NCBI GenBank assembly: GCA_963667015.2
Contig: CAXXJJ010000004.1
Coordinates: 3,040,001-3,104,000, forward strand
DNA length: 64,000 nt
Direction: 5' to 3'
Source of the DNA: Desulfatiglandales bacterium
GTDB taxonomy: Bacteria; Desulfobacterota; DSM-4660; Desulfatiglandales; HGW-15
In this document: positions 59,234 to 64,000 of the stretch, in pieces
How the letters are laid out: every line of letters begins with the position of its first letter
Numbering within the stretch: position 1 is the stretch's first letter
Notes under the pieces: model-generated
What the model saw: only the letters and a program-made list of their open reading frames with translations
Database searches by the model: none
What the model was told of the DNA's origin: nothing
Translations under genes and position numbers: made by a program

Positions 59234-60577
59234 TTACTGATTCATTAGTCCCACCGCTTTACATGCCGCATTGACCAGAGGGTACCCTATGGGCGAAGAT
59301 GTCAGGGCCGGATGTGTACCCATCTGGAACTTTACCATGTCATGGACTGTCATCCGGTGCATGATACAGGCACTCAATACATTGACCATTTCACCAACTG
59401 ATCGCCCCCCGGATATAGAACCGCCAAGCACCACACCTGTGTCCCGGGCAAATATAAGTTTTGCCTTTGTCATGCATGAATCAGGCATTCCACCGGGATG
59501 GGTATCAGGCCCCTCGGCAGTACCAATAATGATATTCATTCCGCTCTGTCTTGCAGCCCGTTCTGTCAGCCCTGCAACCCCGAAGGCCCTGCCGTTGATC
59601 ATGGTTGAAAATACACTGATAGCACCACAATGCTCGTGAACAGGTGAAAAAAGATTTGCGCCGGCAACACGGGCCTCGGCCGTGGCAATTGAGGCCAGCA
59701 TCACTCCGATTGGTCGGCCGGAAAAAAAGGATATTTTTTGTGAGCAGTCCCCGCAGGCAAAAATATTGGGGTCAGTATAACTCTGCATAAAGCAGTCGAC
59801 CTTGATGGTATTCCTGAAACCCAGCTCAAGCCCCGCATTTTTTGCAAGTTCGGTATTGGGAGATGCGCCGATACCCAGGATAACCATATCCGCCTTCAGT
59901 TCAGTACCGTCACCCATCTTTACGCCGGTAACCATGTCGTCTCCCAGGATAGCCTCAACCTTGCTGTTTACAAGGACCTTAACCCCGCCTTGTTCCAGCT
60001 TTGACTCAGCCTCATCGCAAAATTCATCATCCATAGCCATCTGTAAACAGTGAGGAAGCGCTTCAACCACAGTTACATTAATATCTCTCCCTTTACGACA
60101 CTCGTCAGCAAACTCCACACCGATAAATCCACCACCTATTATTACCAGATCTTTTACAGATTTCATTTCATCAAGGACTTTCCCGAGATAATCAAACTCT
60201 TTCCTGATGGGATAGACATTTTTTTTATCCACACCGGGAATTGGCGGGACCATGGGGAGTGAACCTGTTGCAAAAACCAGTTTGTCGTAGCTTATTTCCA
60301 TTTTGTCACTCAGTGTAACAACTTTCTTTTCGCGTCCTACTTTAACGGCTTCACCCTTTATCAGTTCAATTTTATTATTTTCAAGGAGACCATCCGGGAC
60401 AATATTATTTTCAGGGCCGCCTACAGTCCCGTAGATATAAGGGATTCCACAGGGGATTAATACGGTCCCCTCCTTGCGGACAAGAGTAACCTTTTTGTCC
60501 GGGTAGTGCCGCCTGCAGCTTATTCCCGCAGTAATTCCTGAAAGTCCACCTAACACCAATACATCTGTCTGTTTCAT
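59234..60577 (-). CDS. FAD-dependent pyridine nucleotide-disulfide oxidoreductase (CoA-disulfide reductase/NADH oxidase-like)
   Basis: PCGIPY, ATGS, IGGGFIGVE and FACGDC motifs. Confidence 0.9.
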   Translation of the reverse strand: MKQTDVLVLGGLSGITAGISCRRHYPDKKVTLVRKEGTVLIPCGIPYIYGTVGGPENNIVPDGLLENNKIELIKGEAVKVGREKKVVTLSDKMEISYDKLVFATGSLPMVPPIPGVDKKNVYPIRKEFDYLGKVLDEMKSVKDLVIIGGGFIGVEFADECRKGRDINVTVVEALPHCLQMAMDDEFCDEAESKLEQGGVKVLVNSKVEAILGDDMVTGVKMGDGTELKADMVILGIGASPNTELAKNAGLELGFRNTIKVDCFMQSYTDPNIFACGDCSQKISFFSGRPIGVMLASIATAEARVAGANLFSPVHEHCGAISVFSTMINGRAFGVAGLTERAARQSGMNIIIGTAEGPDTHPGGMPDSCMTKAKLIFARDTGVVLGGSISGGRSVGEMVNVLSACIMHRMTVHDMVKFQMGTHPALTSSPIGYPLVNAACKAVGLMNQ

Positions 60578-60782
60578 AATGGAGTCTCCTTATCTATTAA
60601 TAAAATAATTAATACATTATTATTTAAAAAATACCGGAATCAATTAAGTATAACATAAAATGAGATTTTCAGAACAATTAGATTATTTCTCTTAACAGAA
60701 AACAGCCTGGATGTTATAGTCAATTTTCAGCAAATTACCTAAGAATTAAAACTGATATTCTTATTTAAAAGGAGAAAGAAAA

Positions 60783-61193
60783 ATGGCCCAAATGACTGAT
60801 AAAATTGTTGAACTGTTTGAAAAAGTCCCTACTGCGCTTCTTGCTACAGCAACTCCTGACGGTATACCCAATGCCGTGCCCATAGGGGCAAAAAAGATAA
60901 TTGATAATGAAACGATTCTTATATCGGACCAGTTTTTTAATAAAACCCTGGCAAACATGAAAGCCAATCCTAAGGTTTCAGTTACATTCTGGGAAGGGCA
61001 TGACGGCTACCAGATAAAAGGTTCAGTAGTTATAGAAACTACAGGCAGCCGCTTTGAAGAAACCGCCAAATGGATAGAGGAAATGGGAAATAAAGTAGGG
61101 ATACCTTTAAAATCCAAAGGTGCGGTTATCCTCACTATTGATGAGATATATAACCTCACACCCGGACCTGAAGCAGGAAAGCGTATTGCTTAA
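60783..61193 (+). CDS. Pyridoxamine 5'-phosphate oxidase-like FMN-binding protein
   Basis: LATA..DG.PN, KTLAN..NP and GYQIKG motifs. Confidence 0.88.
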   Translation: MAQMTDKIVELFEKVPTALLATATPDGIPNAVPIGAKKIIDNETILISDQFFNKTLANMKANPKVSVTFWEGHDGYQIKGSVVIETTGSRFEETAKWIEEMGNKVGIPLKSKGAVILTIDEIYNLTPGPEAGKRIA

Positions 61194-61222
61194 AAAAAAC
61201 TTGTTCAAAGGGTCAATATTTT

Positions 61223-61861
61223 GTGAAACTTACTATTATTTATGACAATACCCTTTTTATAGAAGACCTTAAGGCTGACTGGGGCTTTTCCGCCCTTATT
61301 GAAGTAGACAATAAAAAAATACTCTTTGATACCGGCGGAAGAGGCTCTATTCTGCTTTCAAACATGAAAAAATTGGGAATTGCACCCTGTGAGATTGATG
61401 ATGTCTTTATATCTCATTTTCATTTTGATCATACCGGGGGATTATCCTCCTTCCTTGACCATAATGATAACGTGAAGGTATGGGTTCCTCATTCCTTTCG
61501 TGGTGTAAAGAATGTAAAGGAAGTTATTGAAATCAAAAATCCCAGAGAGTTATACAAAGGAATCTGGACTACAGGAGAACTGGAAGGAATAGAACAATCC
61601 CTTTGCATTGAGACTCAGAAAGGTATTGTTATTATAACCGGGTGTTCACATCCGCGAATGAAGAACATTACAGGCGCCGCTTCTGTATTCGGCAAAATCT
61701 GCGGCATTATCGGAGGTTTGCACGGGAACAGGCCTGAATCCTTAAATGGCCTGGAATTTATTTGTGCAACCCACTGCACTCAACATATTCGGGGAATAAA
61801 ATCCCTCTACCCAAAGCAATATATTGAGGGAGGAGCTGGAAAAATTATTAAAATTATTTAA
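61223..61861 (+). CDS. MBL-fold metallo-hydrolase
   Basis: WGFS, LFDTG, SHFHFDHTGG, GCSHP, GGLH and HCT motifs. Confidence 0.88.
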   Translation: MKLTIIYDNTLFIEDLKADWGFSALIEVDNKKILFDTGGRGSILLSNMKKLGIAPCEIDDVFISHFHFDHTGGLSSFLDHNDNVKVWVPHSFRGVKNVKEVIEIKNPRELYKGIWTTGELEGIEQSLCIETQKGIVIITGCSHPRMKNITGAASVFGKICGIIGGLHGNRPESLNGLEFICATHCTQHIRGIKSLYPKQYIEGGAGKIIKII

Positions 61862-61881
61862 CAGCAGGAAAAGTACAAAAC

Positions 61882-62049
61882 ATGATCATTAAAATCCTTG
61901 GCGCTGAATCTCTGGGCGTGCGCAGGCTTTCCTGTGTTATTGAATTAAAGAACAGAAAATTATTCATTGATCCAGGTATAGCTCCCGGGTGGACCCGTCA
62001 CGGTTTTTCCCTCATCCCTTTCAGATCTCAATCGGATCAGCAGTCAGAG
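61882..62049 (+). pseudogene. Truncated MBL-fold hydrolase (UPF0282-like N-terminus)
   Basis: MIIKILGAESLGVR.LSC...IDPG, frameshift to PHPFQI, then cut at the IS91-like remnant. Confidence 0.65.
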
Positions 62050-62290
62050 AAAAAATCAGGGAGAATAGACTTCAGGATATTCAGGGTCTGAATAAAGCCA
62101 TTTTTCAGAATCAGGATGTATTTGTAAGGAGGAATAGCCGATGCTGCATTCAAATGTTTTTTCCGGCAACTTTGTTCACCCTTATTGGGCACATGAGAAC
62201 ACATTGCCGCCAGCCACTCAAGGGCATCAAAATCTTTTTCAGATTTCCCGTCCTTTGATTGACATACAACCTTTGACTCTTCCCGGAATT
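62050..62290 (-). mobile_element. IS91-family (Y2) transposase remnant, internally deleted
   Basis: Minus strand encodes EESKVVCQSKDGKSEKDFDALEWLAAMCSHVPNKGEQ joined to the C-terminal LYSDPEYP segment. Confidence 0.7.
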
Positions 62291-62341
62291 AGGTAAAAGA
62301 CCTGCCCCATTTATAGAGGCAGGACATAAATCAGATCAACA

Positions 62342-63304
62342 TCACTCTTTGCAGACCGGTTCAATCGGCCAGCCCATGGACTGGCATCCTTTTCCTATAA
62401 CCGCGTTAATCAGAATAACTTCCCCGTTTACCATCTTGAATATATGAAAATCAGGAAGGCCGCCGGCAAAATGCATAAGAGCAACCACAACCCCGGCTTC
62501 CGTATCAACCAGGAAACGGCGCGGACCATGATTGGATATTACCAGCCCTTTCGGGGTACAGTTATGAGCATGCATTTCAGCTTTTTTACCATCCTCGCCC
62601 TCAAGTGTGAACATTGCATCCTTTGTTGTCTGTGTTCCGTTTTCCCATCTGTCACATACCTCGGCGAATGGGGAATGAACATCCGGCTCTGCCGCAAACA
62701 TATCAAAATAGTCATCAGCAGCTGCAATCATTGCCAGGCGGGAGCTTCTCTGTTCTCTCGGAAGAATGCTTTCCCAATCCTGCCCCTTTGTTGCAAGAAG
62801 ACCGTCTGCATTAAAAGCGAATTCGCTTTCCCTGGCAATTATGGTTTCTATTTCAGAAATCTTGTTATTTTCAACTTTGAGCCTCACGCCGAACATAATC
62901 GGTCTTATTGTTCCGTCTTTTGGCAATGGTTTCGGTTTTGAACCGGGTAGCCCCATTGACATTACATTTCCAACGACTTTTGAATCAAATTTTTCTTCTA
63001 TTACTGCAACACTGTGCGTTCCGCTTTTAAGGGTGTCAATAAGATCACGTCTCATTAACACTTTTCCTGCTGTCTTCCAGAAACCTTTACCAACAGCCAG
63101 CTCTACACCGTTTTCTGTAAATTTCACATCAGAGGCAAGAGGCAGCCCTGATATGTCATGAGATTTAAGCGATGCAAAATATTTATCAATAAAACCCTTA
63201 AGATCATCGCGTGTGCATTCCTTTGCACCAGACTGTCCAAAAGCAGTCAGAATACCTGCCGTCATCATCATGCATATAACAGTAATTTGTACAATTCGCT
63301 TCAT
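62342..63304 (-). CDS. Secreted hypothetical protein
   Basis: RBS GGAGG, MKRIVQ signal peptide; VKFTENG, ISEIE and RWENG motifs. Confidence 0.75.
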   Translation of the reverse strand: MKRIVQITVICMMMTAGILTAFGQSGAKECTRDDLKGFIDKYFASLKSHDISGLPLASDVKFTENGVELAVGKGFWKTAGKVLMRRDLIDTLKSGTHSVAVIEEKFDSKVVGNVMSMGLPGSKPKPLPKDGTIRPIMFGVRLKVENNKISEIETIIARESEFAFNADGLLATKGQDWESILPREQRSSRLAMIAAADDYFDMFAAEPDVHSPFAEVCDRWENGTQTTKDAMFTLEGEDGKKAEMHAHNCTPKGLVISNHGPRRFLVDTEAGVVVALMHFAGGLPDFHIFKMVNGEVILINAVIGKGCQSMGWPIEPVCKE

Positions 63305-63812
63305 TTTAAAACCTCCGTAAAAAAATTGATTAATATCTACAGGAAACAACATCATATTCAAATAGGCAAGTACTTATTAAACCTCCCTGTCCATGAGACT
63401 TCAAACATCTACAAATAAAGACCAATAATGCCTGATCTTAATTTAGTACAAAATGAGCGGCTCTTATACAAGCAGAACAACATGTCAGATCCGGATCAAT
63501 CAACAGAAAAACCGGTTATGCTGCTTTCTTCTTTTATTCATATCTTTATCTACAGGATTTGTTTCACCGGTTAATGGATCTTTCCCGGTATAATAAATAA
63601 CAGAATAGAGTGTTAAGTTGCCTTTTTACCTGTGTCTCCTAATTGCTACGTATTTTTCATTGACATGAAATACTCGACCCCATATATTTTACGATGAGAA
63701 AAGGGAATTCCTATCAGCTCAAGTTGTTAGCCCCTTCTAAGGATTTAAGTATATGTTCACTTCATAAACACATCATCAGTAGGAATATCATAAAAGGAGG
63801 AAATACTTTATT

Positions 63813-64000
63813 ATGCGTGTATCAAAATTGTATACAGAAGAACGTCCTATTCTTTCCATGGAATTTTTCCCGCCAAGAGACGAAAAAGCGGCAGCCGGTT
63901 TTGGCGATATCGTTGATCAGCTGCTCGAAATGAAACCCGATTATATGTCAGTCACATTCGGCGCCGGCGGATCCACTAAGGACGGATCATATCAAACCGT
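63813..64000 (+). CDS. metF: Methylenetetrahydrofolate reductase, 5' part
   Basis: RBS AGGAGG; MRVSKLY...SMEFFPPR...PDYMSVTFGAGGST. Confidence 0.9.
   Translation, partial: MRVSKLYTEERPILSMEFFPPRDEKAAAGFGDIVDQLLEMKPDYMSVTFGAGGSTKDGSYQT

Overview
Bacterial chromosomal segment, moderately AT-rich. Gene content (HesB-like selenoprotein, SMS and MIS Fe-S systems, MttB, CCG-domain oxidoreductase) suggests an anaerobic Desulfobacterota-like organism; this is inference, not a database assignment. Positions 1-47.4 kb are mostly housekeeping and metabolic: priA (partial), mtgA, mazG, cvpA, an HD-GYP/GGDEF pair, pgi, rdgB, a UGA-recoded HesB selenoprotein missed by the ORF track, sufC/sufB-like, nifU-nifS-rrf2-MOSC-fdhD, pncB-like, a TonB receptor, ilvE, a porin plus ABC importer module between 19-bp direct repeats, lpoB, mscS and methyltransferases, with several palindromic repeats and pseudogenes. 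The most notable part is 48.5-59 kb, an integron-type cassette array with no integrase in the window. It has a putative attI, 9 attC or attC-like sites, TA, exonuclease, DUF2513-like, RES and other cassettes, and one ORF-less cassette. Two invaders sit in it: (i) a group II intron inserted in an attC R' core site, whose EBS1 loop (CUAACG) is complementary to the attC core, and (ii) two near-identical 1109-bp elements encoding a Y1 HUH (RAYT-like) transposase but bounded by terminal inverted repeats with tandemly reiterated ends. Two IS91-like 3'-end remnants bracket a 3-kb redox module, and metF begins at the window end.
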